Source: Setoptus koraiensis
Lineage: Eukaryota; Animalia; Arthropoda
Direction of reading: 5' to 3'
Assembly: GCA_048013815.1 (NCBI GenBank)
Contig: CM106586.1
Location: 13,144,001-13,208,000 of the forward strand
DNA length: 64,000 nt
Shown here: piece by piece, positions 1 through 13,947 of the stretch
Layout of the letters: every line of letters begins with the position of its first letter
How positions within the stretch are numbered: the first letter of the stretch is position 1
Translations under genes and position numbers: made by a program
The notes under the pieces: model-generated
Told to the model about the DNA's origin: nothing
Database searches by the model: none
The model's input: only the letters and a program-made list of their open reading frames with translations

Positions 1-382
1 AACAGCAACAGCAACAGCCGAGATAAAAGAAGCCAAGAATTGCCCTGGTTGCTTCGTTCGCTTTCTGCTCATTAATTATCTCTCGTTGGTATGGCTGCTT
101 TATCTCTCACAAGCCAGTGGAAATGTTCATGGTGAATTATGAAAGTTTTTCAGTTTGTTTAGTGTGTTTAGTGTGTGTGTGTGTGTGTGTGTTGCAAATG
201 ATGAAATGATAATAATAGTATTAGCGTCGCAAGTTGCAACTTGAGTGCGCTCCTTCTAACATGGTGACAATTTCCTTTTTTGTTGGCCTTGTTCGCCATC
301 GCGTTGCTGTGTCCGCTTTATAGCTCCAGTTGGTGCAGCCCAAGTCGCCAGAGCAGGTCCGAGTTGTTGTTCTCCACACAAC

Positions 383-537
383 CACAACCACAACAACCGA
401 CCACAACAGCCACAACAACCGACCACAACAGCCACAACAACCGACCACAACAGCCACAACAACCGACAGCGACAACCGATAGCAACAACAGCCGACAACA
501 GCAACAACAGCCGACAACAACAACCGACAACAACAGG
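383..537 (+). repeat. Degenerate CAA-type tract containing a 22-nt unit (aaccgaccacaacagccacaac) x~3
   Basis: Directly visible tandem units. Confidence 0.9.
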
Positions 538-1595
538 CGATAAAACAAATTGCGACTCACGAGCGCGCTTGTCGTTGTGTCGAGCACTTGTGACGAGATA
601 ACCAATTTGAATTAATTGCTCTCATCGGCCTGCCATTGGCTTCGCGTCGCCATGCGAGCTGGCTGACGAGTGTGCGATGCGTCTGCCAGCAATCATACAC
701 CATGATGCATAATTTGTGCCTAGGTGGCTCGATAGTCGAATAGTTATGAATAGTCAGCCATTGAGTGTCTCCAATTGCGACACTCAATGGCTCAGCCGAT
801 TGAGAGATGCCAATTGTGCGATATGGCTCGTCGGTGGCCAGTGGCCAGGTAAATCCCGGTTGCGCAACAAAGTTCTCGGACAAACACAAATTTTGCACGG
901 CGTCTTCATTAATAAGGAATCATTATCTTTATTTTTTTCGTTTCGCAATGCGCAGCCGTGTCATGCAAAAAACATAACAACAACCGACAATGAATGAACT
1001 GACATTGTCGGCGATATCTCTCAATCGATGAACTCAACCTGCCACTCTCAACCTGTGCGGCCATTTATGATTAGTTATCTATGATTAGAATTGATTTGTG
1101 CGCAAACATTTCACAAAATTAACAGCAACACAGGCCAGCCACAGTTTCAATTGAGTAGATGGCAATCTGATTGATTAGTCAAACATGAAACTGTTCGCCA
1201 CTAAAATCGGCACCGCACCGCACCGCACCAGTCCAGTCCATCCAGTCAGAACAAGAAGCGACAATCAGCTGATTGGGGCCAGTCGCAACGGGCTGACGGG
1301 CCCAATCGGACAGGTTGTGCGCATTGGCCGCATGACAATGGCCGCTGGTCACGGGTATGTTTGATTAGTTTGGTGGTCAATGGCGTTCGCTCTGACGCAA
1401 TTCACTGACATTCAATGGACACGGAAAATGATGCTTGCAATGTTTGCACTTGAGGCGTAACCATTACGCGTCGTTGTGCGTACGCGTTGTGTCCAGTCAT
1501 GACAATGGCCCCCATTATTGAGCAACAAAACCTTGTTATTACGCGTTATTACGTAACACAAAAATTACGCAATAACGCTCGTTGTTGTTGCTGTT

Positions 1596-1626
<31 letters not shown>

Positions 1627-1882
1627 CTGTTGTTGCCGTTGTTGTTGTTGTTGTTGCTGCCGCTATGAGCCACCGACAATGTTGGTTGGTTGTAAGATGA
1701 CGCAATAGCTGCCGTATTCTTGGCTGCTAAGGTTGTGTCAGCTGTTGTTGTCGGCGGTGCGAGACACACAGATGACAGTTGCCGGTTGATAAGTTATCTG
1801 CAATCAGTTATCGGTTGCTGGTTGTCAGTTGGTGGCGCTAGTTGTGCCCGCTACAACCAAGCACAACTAGCAACACGCCAGC

Positions 1883-1919
1883 GACAACAACAACAACAAC
1901 ATCGGCAACAACAGCAACG

Positions 1920-1982
<63 letters not shown>

Positions 1983-2020
1983 TCGACAACAACGACAACA
2001 TCGACAACAACGACAACAAC
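1883..2020 (+). repeat. Interrupted (CAA)n microsatellite
   Basis: Long CAA run with CGA/CAT/CAG interruptions. Confidence 0.95.
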
Positions 2021-3396
2021 AAGGGTCCCAAGTGAGGTACAGTTGCGCAATGAGACAACTATTGACATGCCACACATCGCCCACTGACGGACACGGCACG
2101 CACTCAATTTGGGAGCGCGCAAAACCCTCGCAAAGACCCTAGGCGACGCTGCCCATGGCGCTATGTCACGTTTGGCATTATACGTATTAGGCACGACGAT
2201 GTTCTGGCCGCCCCCGCGCTGGATAAATTGGACCTCTGAAGGGGCCGAAAATTGGCCAAGGGATCAGCTGTGTGGGCAGAGAATCGGATCAATTTTGATG
2301 TTTGCAGCTTGAGTGAGTGAGACAAAACATCAATAGTAATGCAAGAGCGCAACAAAAGTTTGGTTGCAAGTCACGCGAGCCCAAAAACGCCTATAAAAGG
2401 ATTAATGGATTGCTATTAGCTGATTGTTGTTGTGCCCCACTTGCTCTGGCGCCTTTCATCCGCTTTGTTAGCTTGGCAATGGCCGGGCATCGCCGAGCTA
2501 ACAACTGTGAGCCTCCTATATCCATTACGTAGCACCATTACGTAATGTAGGTGTCGCTGGTTGTTGTTCGCTGGTCGTAGAGTGTGGTCAGTGTGGCTGT
2601 TTGTGTGACACAAGCGCGCAAGTGACACAAACAGTCGCCCAACAAACACTTTCAACAGATAAACAAATGTCAATAGACGCACGCCCACGCCCGACTGGCG
2701 CACGGGCCAATAAATAATGATAATAATAATGATAATGATAATAGTAAGGTGGGCACGTGATTGATTTTGTGCCACAGCCGACACTGGCCACCAATTGAGG
2801 CCCACGGCACGGTGAGCTGTGGGCCCCAATTCGTGCATCCATCGAGCTGCTAGAGCCAACAGTGTTTTTAGGACGCATAACAATCTGGCGATTGTCCGAT
2901 ACAAACCGATGCGCTACTAGCCTATCGGGGCCAATAGTAATTTGTCACTTGAGTTACCCAAGTTGAGTAGAGCCTAACAGCAGCAACCTATCAACCGGCA
3001 AGTGGCGCCACCCATGGGCCAGGTGCACAGGTGAAGGGAGAACAAAGGTTGCACTTGTCGCAGCTAATTGAGCTAATTGCGAAATTGGCCGAAATTGGCA
3101 AAAGCTGGCTGACAAGTTGCGGCTGGCATGGCATGAGTTGGCCAATGAGCTTGCGAGTTTTGCGAGTGTCTGTTGTTTCGACAAACAGGTTGAGTGGCAT
3201 CTACATACATATTAACGTGTTTGTGAATGCATCAAGCAAACACAACAACAACAACAACGAGAAAAAGATTTATTTATTTATTTATTATTATTGATTTGCA
3301 TGAAACATGCCATCGAACGCTGTTGTGCTCGAGTGACAACCGCTGTATCCCGACCACTCTGGCCAGCGACAGCTTAATTAGCATTGTAAGATGCCC

Positions 3397-3549
<153 letters not shown>

Positions 3550-5048
3550 GCAGCAACGACGACGACAACGGCAATAACAACGACGACAACAACAGCGGGC
3601 CATTTGTGTTGGATTCAATTCACTTACCAGTTGCCAACTTATTATTATTCAAGTATTCACATTAATATTGTAATGCAAGAGCATGACGCAACGAGCGACC
3701 AATTGAAATTGGCGCTGCCGCTCGAATGCAACGCAATCCATTCTCAAATTCAAATGGCAAGAGCGAGAGAGAAGCGCGAACAAGCGCAATTTGATTACAA
3801 TTGTCTTAATGGCGACTCTCTGTCCAGGGGCCACTTTCTCACACAAACACTCAGTGCGGCTATACGATGATGAAATCGATTTTACGTCACTCGCTGGCAT
3901 GAACAATAATTAAATAATGGCCCTTGTGTTGCACCTGAGGCGCCAGCAACAATGTCACATGTCAGACATGTTATAATGTGTATAATAGTGTCGCTGTTGT
4001 TGCTGTCGTTGTTGTTGCTGCTGCTGGCGATAATAAATTGTATTGTGTGGCGACTTGAATTAGATTAATGTCCTCTCTGTACTGTCCGTTGTTTATGTTA
4101 ATGCGTTTGATCGGCGAGCATCGCAACGACGGCCGGACAACACAACAACGGCAACAACAGCAACCACAGTCACAACAACGCCAACCACAGTAACAATCGC
4201 TCGGCACAGACGATGATGATCGTTAAATTGAATCAAACGCTGTCGTCAATGGCCGCTCGCTGGACGGCACACTGGACACCAGACGACGCATTGCGACAGT
4301 GTTGCAAAGTGACGCAACCAACAACGTCAACGGCGGCTCGACAACGACGACGCGACTTGCGTTTCGATGTGGCCGCTGTCGTCCGAGCGGTTGATGCGGT
4401 TGTTGTGGTTGTCGTTGCTGTCGCCGTCGTTGATGTGGTTGTTGCCGTTGTGTTTGATGTGGTTGTTGCGGTTGTGGTTGTCGTTGAAAATGTTGTGGTT
4501 GTCGTTGGAGATGTTGTGGCGGACAAGAATGCCAACGCAGGCCAGCTAATAAACAACAGCCTGAATGGCCTATAAAAAGTGGCTACCGCAACAACGGCGA
4601 CGAGCGCCCGATGGCGCCACTCGGCGACAAGTGCAACTAGCCGGTAATTGAATTGGGTGGCTCATTTTGCGCCAAAATGAGCCTACAAAATTGCCACCAT
4701 ATTCAATGCGACAACCGCACAAAACTGCGCCCGCTGTGCCGCTCGTTGTGCCCTGCGAGGCACAACAAAGCAGCAACTGGAGTGGCGACACAACGAGCTG
4801 CGCAGGATTGAAATGATTATTTTGAGCTGACAGCGACATTTTGTTTTAAGATAATATTGCCAATGAACTCATTGACAATATCTGACAATATCTGACAATA
4901 TCTGATAATGACGCGCCGGCACGCGGGACCCGTCTGCTCCGCGCCGGTTCTTGGCGCGTGTGCCCGGCTCACAAGTGAGCGGCCCGCAATTGAGCGGCAA
5001 TTGGATTATCTGGTCGGTGCATCTCCTCTGTGGTTTTGAATGGGACGC

Positions 5049-5094
5049 GCGTTCGACTCGGCGTTCGACTCGGCGTTCGAATCGGCGTTCGACT
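5049..5094 (+). repeat. 12-nt tandem repeat (gcgttcgactcg) x~4
   Basis: Directly visible; units contain GTTCGACTC or GTTCGAATC. Confidence 0.9.
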
Positions 5095-7077
5095 GGGCGA
5101 ATTCGCTGGCCGCTCTCGGCACGCCGAATGCTTCGAATGCGCCGAATTGGCCGCATTCGAAGCGTTCGGCACAACGACGAACTCGCCCATTCGAAGCGAA
5201 CATTCCCGACGCGAAACATGCTCGATCGGAGAGCGCAAAGAATGCGCAAGACGACAAATCTATTATTGCCATTATTTTCACCTATCTGCTTGTGTCATCT
5301 AGATCCAGATCGGCGGCTATCGGGCTGCTGGATCCCGATCTAATGGCCAGATATCGGGCCGGTTATCGGGCCGGCTAATCTAATAAATGCAACAGCGTCA
5401 GGTGCGCTGACCAGATCTCAATTGGATTGGCTCAATTGTCAGTCGATTCCGTCATTTTTGCGACAAAATTTATTATTTTGCAAACTGACAACTGGCCAAC
5501 TGTCATACCATTTCGTGCCGTCGGCCGAGCGGTGGCGCGCGTCAGCTGACAGTATCATACTGTCGGTATGAGGCCATTGCGAGCACTCGCAATGGTCAGT
5601 TGCTGTTGTGCCTATATTTGTATATATTTATCCAGATGATTATCTGCCGCTCGGCGGCGCTTCTGTCCGGCGCGCCGGTGCCCGCCGGCGAGCGCGCCGC
5701 CAATGCAAACAAGTGCATTAGGCAACCTGTCACCGGCGCCTTATCAGCGCGTCCCCATCGGTAGTCCGCTCGTTTGCCTCGGAGCCGCCTGAATATTGCG
5801 ACAGTCGGTCAACTTTTCCCGTCCGTGCGTGCCTTTCTCTGCCTGTCCGCGCCGGACTTTGGCGCACTCGCAGCGCCATCTGCGAGCCGCGCGCTTCACA
5901 AGTTGTGTGAATCACAACAAATCGGGCCGGCGACAGCCGGTCGGGCAAACCGCCGACGGTCGGGCCACGCGACAGCCTAAGCGACGGCCAAACACAGCCT
6001 AATCAATCGCGCTCGTCGGCCCGCTGGCTCGCCTTCGCTCGGGGGCTCGCCGGGCAACGCGTGCTCGCCGCCCGTCAAAGGCCCGCCAGACTCTGGCTCT
6101 GGCGGCCAGAGCCAGCGACGGCCCGATGATCGATGGGCGATTATTGTCGCGACCTGGCCAACGGACGAGCCGCTGACGGGCGAAATTCGGCCAGTTCGGA
6201 CCAGAGAAATTTGGCCAGTTCGGGCCAGAGAAATTCGAGCGAAATTCGCGAGACAAAGTCGGCCGGCCGCGCCGCTGAAACGGGCCGCGACGAGACGACG
6301 AGCTGACAAGCGGACAAGCGACCCGAACTGGACGCCGACAATTAACAGCGATGCCACCAACGAGCACAGCATTCGCATTGTCCGCACGGCAGCGATCACC
6401 TGTCGCCGTGATTTTAAGCCGCCCATGATTGATGGCCGCCAACACAAACTGACCCAGCGAGATCGCGCGGCCGATAGAGGGCCTAGTTGCTTGCGAGCGG
6501 CCCTCTGCGACTGGCATTAATTTGGCAATTTTAATTTGGCCAGTGCCAGCGCAAGCGCCCTCAAACGTGCCGTTGTGTGCTCGACTCGGCAAACCACTCT
6601 GACAAAGCAAAGCTCAGGTGAGGACAGAGCCGCCGACCGAGCGGCCAACGGTCAATGATGCAAGGGGCGTGCGACTGGACGCCAGCAACCAGGTGAGTTG
6701 GTTCAAAAGTTTAAAAGTTTGAAAGTTTCGCCGGCCCGGCCGCCATTAATAGCCGGCAACTATTGATATACGATTGATAGCAGCCATTAATAGCCACTGC
6801 GTCAGGGTAGCGCTAATCGAGGTAGCGCTAATCGAGGTAGCGTCGAGGTAGCGGCGGCCGAGGTGCCTGGCAAGCCTCGGGCAAAGTTTTATGCAAAACA
6901 GAACCGTCGCGCATTGACGCTCGAACAGGTTGCGCCTCCACTATTTGCCGCGCTTGTTGTCGTCGTCGTCGTCGTCGTCGGCAGCAGCAGCATTTTTTCG
7001 CCTCCGACACACATCGCGCTGTTACGTAATCATCATCATAATGCGGCTCGGATGTATGCAGCAATTTGTATGCGCCG

Positions 7078-7190
7078 CTGTTGTTGTTGTTGCTGTTTTT
7101 GTTGTTGTTGTTGTTTCTGTTGCTGTTGTTGTTGCTGTTGTTGTTGTTGTTGCTGTTGTTGTTGCTTCTATTGGTGTTGTTGTTGTTGCA
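7078..7190 (+). repeat. Degenerate (TTG)n tract
   Basis: TTG/CTG run; source of spurious poly-C/V ORFs. Confidence 0.9.
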
Positions 7191-9554
7191 CCGATAGCGC
7201 GATAACAAATCGCTAGCTTGACGCCATTTGTTTCGCGACTCGCGAGTGAGGGCTGCAGCGCGTCTGTGCATCTTGCGTCTTGTGTTACAATTTAATTGAC
7301 ATGTTACATTGCTGTTGTTGCGCAACAACTTGTTATGTAACAACGCCAACAACAATTGAATGCAGCCCACGTCCGGCCTGCTCCTAATTGATGGCACAAA
7401 TCGGATAAATAAGTGAGTGTTGATTAATCGCCGGCACTCATTGTTGTCGGCCCGTCCATTGTCACGAACCGTTGCCACTGTGCACCATCGTGTGCACCAT
7501 CGACAACGTGGTGCGCACCATCAGCAACGGGGTATGTGCACCATTGTCGGCAGCATCGTTAGCACCATTGGTGCAGCCGGTGACGCACCTTGTGTGATAA
7601 TTGTCGACGGTGCTGGGTCAACTGCAACTATCGACAAGGTGCCAGAGGTGCAAGAGGTGCAATTGTGCGACGAGACAAAAGATTTATTGCGCAATCGGCT
7701 GGCTTCGTCTGGTGGCGTTCGTTTGGCTGCATCCATTGAAATTGGCCCAATGAGACAAGCCAATTGATTGCCATTGTTGGGCCGGATTTAATTGTTGTTG
7801 TTGCTGCTGTTGTGCAACTACTGGCCATAAAGTGGCTGCTGTATCGGCTACTGGCCGCCATTTGAATGATTAATAAAAAAGTCAATTGGCAATTATTCAT
7901 AATTGAGAGCCAGCCAGGCAACCAGGCTAACAACCAATTATCTTTTGTTTTAGTTGTGGCCCGGCGCGCTATTACACGCGCTCCGACTGGCCTGTTGCAT
8001 TGTTGTTGCTGGCGCTGTTGTCCGCCGGCTGCTATTGGCATCGGTTGTTGTTGGCATTGGTTGTTGTTGGCATCGGTTGTTGCGCGTCGGTTGTTGCCGT
8101 TCATCGGGCGCCGCCGCTGTTATGTAACACTGGCCGGTGTGCATGCGACTCAACAGGTAACTGGTTGCCGATTATTCTTTTAAAATAATCTCATAATAGA
8201 TGCGTAGAGCATGCGTAAATTTCTGAATGCGAATTTGCGCGCAAACTCTAATGAATTTGTGCGTAATTGGCTCGCTGGCGCATCGGCCGCCACTATGCAA
8301 CAATTAACAATTATGCAACAATTAATCAATGGCCGCCAGAGAACAACAGTAGCAAGTATGCGTAGCCAGTTGTTGTTGCGTAAATGCATGCAGCGAAGCA
8401 GGCAATTATCATATCGTATTCATGAATCATGTTTGCATTATTATTTTACGCTATTATGCTGCGTCTGCATTATGCTCATTAGGCTCGCAAGCCCGACATG
8501 TCGGTATCACCACCATACGACCATCTCGGTATCATCATACCGAGATCATCGTATGATATCATCGTATGATATCATCGTATGATGATATCAACCTAACAAT
8601 ATCAGGCCCACGATAAACTGATTAGTGCGATCTCGTTCTCGCTTGGGCTCATCTGAGTTCATTACGCAACACACCGCGCTGCCAAGACACTGCCAACAAT
8701 GTTAGTCAACAGTGTTATCATGAGATAAATGAGAGCTGCTTGCGCAACAGGTACCTGTGTGTACAGGTAACAGTGCACCTGTTAGCTATATCGAGCTAGC
8801 GATAGCTGCAATAGTGATATTGAAAACGGCAGCAAGTGCCAGTGAGCTGGCTGCTACAGTTCGCGCCAGCCAGCACAGAATAACATAACATTTTTCATAA
8901 TATCATAATAATAATATTATTATTATTTTACATAATATGATAATAATATTGCGTAATAATATAGTGTTTGCAATCATCAGCTGATCATTATCACCGGCAT
9001 CGGGCACCGCACAGGCCCGGCCGCGCAAACAAATGTCAGTCGTCTCATTCACAACAAAGTTTGTTGTTGTTGTTGTTGCTACATTGTTGCCATTCCCTCG
9101 CCCGTTGGCCTGTTGTTGCGCTCGTCGGCTGGTTGTTGCGCTCGTTGTTGGCTCGTCGCGCTCGCTGCTGGCCGCTTGTGGCGCCCTCACCTTTTCACCT
9201 GTTGTGTTTTTTTGTGAGCTGTTCTCGTTGTTTGGCACTGTTGTTTGTCGGCTACTGTCGCTGCGCATTCACGGCCATTAGCCAAGATCCTGGGGGCTCA
9301 AATTCAAATCATCGTGTTGCATTTGTTGCCGGCCACTTGTTGGCTGCAGCGACTCGCGCGCACTGCTCGCTGACCGGCCGGCCGGCCGGCTTAATCGATA
9401 ATATGGTTGCGTAATAATGTTGCATAATCACACACAATCAAACACAACGAGAACAATAATGATAGATAGACTGGCTGCAAATGTAGCTGCCATTTGCATA
9501 CCTCGGCGTGTGCGCAACAGCGCTCACATGCGTCCATATGTCCAGTGGCCGAGC

Positions 9555-9634
9555 CAACAGGTGAGCTGAGTTGTTGGTCAGTTTACAACAACAGGTGAGC
9601 TGAGTTGTTGGTCAGTTCACAACAACAGGTGAGC
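9555..9634 (+). repeat. 34-nt tandem repeat x~2.3; each unit carries ACAGGTGAGC
   Basis: ACAGGTGAGC at 9557, 9591 and 9625 (period 34). Confidence 0.9.
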
Positions 9635-10706
9635 GGTTGCGTGTGCGGTGCGCGTTGATGGAGGCAACACGACGCGACATGATGATGACATTGTTTGTCG
9701 TCGCTGTCGTCGTCGTCGATTATCGGCGTGACAGGCAAAACACATTACGCGCGACATCGACAGCGCAACAACAACAGCAACAACAACACCACCGACAGCA
9801 GCAATAGCAACAACAACACCACCGACAGCAGCAACAACAACAGCAGCAGCAGCACTCGCAATAGGGCATAATTATGGCTCACTGGCATGACGTGGGCGGC
9901 GTCCCGGCGCACCGGTCATGATCGGTTACGCAACATTAGTGTTGCTGATGATACAGTTGTCGATCATCGTCAGCCACTGCCACTGTTGTGCATTGTTGTG
10001 TCGTAATTGTTGTGCCGTTACTCATTTTTTGGCGGCGCTACCGTCGTGCAACTATAATTTAGTTGCACTGTGCCGGCAGTGGTGGCACAGTTTGTCAGTT
10101 TGTTTGTTTGTTGTTGTCTGTTGTTTGTTTTGGGCAAGCGCTTGACCATAATCATTGTTTGCCCGATCATGGCCACTTGTTCCGGCTTCACTTTGCCACT
10201 GTGTGCCACTGCCGATGCAGACAAATGATGGCCAGCACTTATCATTATTACATAACCATTACATAACAATTGGGTGTCGCCGCTGTGCCGATGCGCAATC
10301 GGCCGGCCGGTTGCGCATCGTGCCATTAACGGATTCATCGCCATATTTATTCACCACCATTTATGTTTGTTTATATTTGCATAATATTTGTTCATGATAA
10401 TAATGATGCTCTTATGATACATCATTACATCATTGCGTATTGTGTATCATCCCTGCATTGGTCATGCTGCTCATCACCGCAAATCATCGAATAATAATAT
10501 CAAATCATCGAGTAACAATAATAAATCATCGACAAACAAACAAATGCCGGCCGGTGCGTTCGTTTACACTCACAGCCTGTGCACAGAGTTGCACAGGTTG
10601 CCCATGTCAGTTGTGACACTGACAATTTGTCATGCCGATCAGCTGTCGTCGGTCAACAGACAGAAGCAAGGAAAGTGGCACTTGTTGCGCTGATCACCGA
10701 TCAACA

Positions 10707-10831
10707 TTGCGCAACACTATACCGGATTGTGCATTATTGCGCAACATTATGCCGGCCATATTATGCAATGTGATTACGCAATGTAATGCGACACTGGCCA
10801 ACATAACGCAACATAGTGCAATGTTACGTAA
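10707..10831. promoter_or_regulatory. Homotypic cluster of five PAR/C-EBP-type bZIP sites (candidate enhancer)
   Basis: TTGCGCAA 10707, TTGCGCAA 10737, TTATGCAA 10761, TTACGCAA 10774 and TTACGTAA 10824 within 125 bp. Confidence 0.45.
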
Positions 10832-11386
10832 TGGAGAAGAGATGGCGCCACTTGCCAGCGGCCGTTCGGTGCTATTGTCGTTGTGGCCAGTTGTGGTCAG
10901 TGCGAACTCGTGCCTCTGCTCAGCAGAGTCTGCTGGTGCTAATCCTGCCTGCTGAGCCTATAATAAAACAATGATAAACTCTCTGTCCCTGTTGCACAAT
11001 CAATGCAAACAGTCGCTTCAGTTCAGCAGTGAATGAGTGTGCGTGCGTCGCTTGCAATTACGTAACAATGCGATTGCATTGTTAGATAATTGATTTTATC
11101 TCGTTGGCTCAATTGTTTTCGCGAGCTGTCATGCGCCGTGAGCCGCGTTGTGTAACAATTGTACCAACAGCGAGCGATGGGTGCGTAATATTGCGTAATA
11201 TGATTGATCGGCTGGCACAATTGGCGGATTGCAAATCGATTGGCCGTTGAATGGGCGATTTGATTTGTTGAAAAATCTCGATAGTGAAAATTGAAAAAGT
11301 TTTGCGCGTTGAATAAAATCGATTCGGACAAGCGGACGCAAGTGGCTGTGAATGGAACATGTAAATGTTGTTGCTGTTGTCGATGT

Positions 11387-11419
<33 letters not shown>

Positions 11420-13249
11420 CCGATGATCAATTACCAGTGATAACAAATATAATTGCTTGCCCACACACCTCGCGCTTGCTACGCGCTGGTGGCGCCCAAC
11501 GAGCATCGCAATCACAGCGAGCATGTTCGTTTCGATTGATTTTGGCTCGGCCCGTGAATCGATTTTGGCCCGGCCCGTGGCCGGTCTGACCGTTGCGACC
11601 GTTGCAACAATGGCCGCCGGTCGATTGGCACCCGAACAATTGAGTCGAAACATTGCGCAAGTGACGCAACTCTAACACAAGTGACCAACAACAACGGCAT
11701 CGCCAACTGTCAATTGGCCGCTGTATCATTTCTGTATCGAGAGTGTTCACCATTTCGTGCAGTGGTCAGCGCCGTCTAGTGGTCGCTGGCTTCCAGTGGT
11801 CGCTGGCGTCCAGTGGCCAGTGGCTGCAGTAAAAATGTGTTGCGCTGCGTTGCGAAATAGTTGGAATAATTGAAATAAACCAGCCAACAACAATAGGAGC
11901 GTAAACATTGTGTTACGTAAACGAGGGCCGTTGTCACGGTTATATAACTATCATCGCTGGCTGTTGGTGTGGCGCTGGCATCGATGGCGTTGACGGTTGA
12001 GCATGAACAGCGGCCAGCTAACTGACCACTGAGCGGACAGGTGAGCGGAAAGCAGAGCAACCGATCCGACAAGTGACCTGACAAACAAAACAGACAGTAA
12101 TGATCCGAGCCATTGCATAATAGCTGGCGCATCAGTTGGTGGTCGTGCACGCACACCGACCCATGATGCGCTGGCGTCTTGATAAAAATAATGCTCGCAA
12201 GCCAACAACGGCCACAACAGCCAACAACGGCCACAACAGCCACAACAACAGCCTGTTGCCTTTATTATTTATTTGCGGCGGATAAACAATGACGCAATAA
12301 CAATAATAATAATAATAATAATAGTAATAATAGTTATAACGATGATAATAGTTCTAGTTGGAATGGGCAGCAGCGGCATTGTTGTTGCTGCCCATGATGA
12401 GATTATTGGATCGCTTGACCGCTGGGCCGACCTCATCAGCACGATATCGTCGCTGCGTGTGTGCGATATCCACACCACCTTCATTATCTGCCATTATTAT
12501 GATGATATCTATCAAAATAAGACTGTTGCCGATGCCCGCCGATGCCGTGATATATAATCCCCGCGCCGACCACAACAACCCGAGATACCTGAGACAGAGA
12601 GAGCGTACGAATTCCCAGAGACTTAAGCGGGAAAACGCTTAAAATGGCAACTCTTGCACACTGAAAAATAATAACAATAACAGCTCGTCTAATAATGGCT
12701 CGTCTAATAATGGCTCGTCTGATAATGGCTCGTGTGCACCGCTGGCCGTCGTCTGGCCAGCGAACAGTCGCTCGTATGACGACTTGTATCGCTTGTATGA
12801 CGACTTGTATCGCTTATGTGACGACGATGACCAGTGAGAATTGGCACACAATTGCGAGTGGCCACGAATCGAAGCGAGTCGCTGCCAATTGCGCCACTCG
12901 GACACTTGCCCATGATGCCTTCGTTTTCGAACGCCTCATACCTCTGCGTTCGAACGCCTGATACCTCTGCTCTCGAGTGGCTGCTCGAATGCTTTGTTTT
13001 GTGCCACTCGCGTCCAATTGGTTGTGTCGCGACTCGCCGGCGACGAGCGAGCCAAGGGCCGAGAACAAACCGACAATAATTGCAATGATAATTCTGTGTT
13101 ATGTCATGGCAGGAATTCTAACTAAAAATTCCTCGCCACGCGGGCCATGAGCCGGCCAGAAATTCCTCGCTCGGATAAAAACCGGATAAAAACTTAATCT
13201 GACGCATTTTTGGGCAACTTTTCGCCGGTGTGTCCCGGCGGCGAAAAGC

Positions 13250-13330
13250 ATTGTGGCTCCCGAATTGTGACTCGCGAATTGTGGCTCCCGAATTGTGACT
13301 CCCGAATTGTGACTCCCAAATTGTGGCTCA
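13250..13330 (+). repeat. ~14-nt degenerate tandem repeat (cccgaattgtg(g/a)ct) x~6
   Basis: Directly visible. Confidence 0.85.
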
Positions 13331-13913
13331 CACAATTTGTGAGGCTCGTTTTATTTTCGCGCTACCGGCGGCGTCCATGCCAATCCGCCAGACTTATGGG
13401 CTCACTCGTTGGCGCGGCTTGTTGGCGCGGCTTGTTGGCTCACCCGTTGGCGCGGCCTGTTGCCCGTCGCGAGTCGCCAGTCGCGACCTGTCCGGCTGAA
13501 TTATGATTCGTTCAGCTGTGATATAAATCACGCCGGTGCCTCTCTGAGCAGCTATGCGCTGTCGAGCGCACGCCAGATAAATACAATAATATTTTTTATT
13601 TGTATACATATTGTTCGCATAGACATGACTTGTAATGAAGACGCATCAATTAAGGGCGAGCACAGTTGCGGCACAGGTGATCAATTGTTGTTGATGGCCG
13701 CGGCACGCAAACGCATCGCACTGCAGCAACGTTACACAACAATCGCTTTGCAATTGCATAATTCACCAAGATGCCGCCGCCGCCATGTTAAACGCTCGCA
13801 TTGCGAGACAGGCTAATTAATCAGTGCCAGTGATCGCTGTCTGATTGATGACGCAAGACCCTGGGGCTGCCTGCCAGTACAATTGCAAGCGCTGCCTATT
13901 GCATAACGCTAAC

Positions 13914-13947
<34 letters not shown>

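Noticed and set aside
4233-4556. Thr-rich mucin-like ORF with a signal-like N-terminus on the minus strand
   Set aside because: It has a TTG start, and its ACN variation equals the CAA/CGA/CCA variation of neighbouring non-coding tracts. Not excluded as an exon, but unsupported.
7560-7570. miR-29/285-like TAGCACCATT (also at ~2530) and miR-71-like TGAAAGACAT at ~31906
   Set aside because: Only 10-nt matches without star arms; the last is inside a PIG-C exon.
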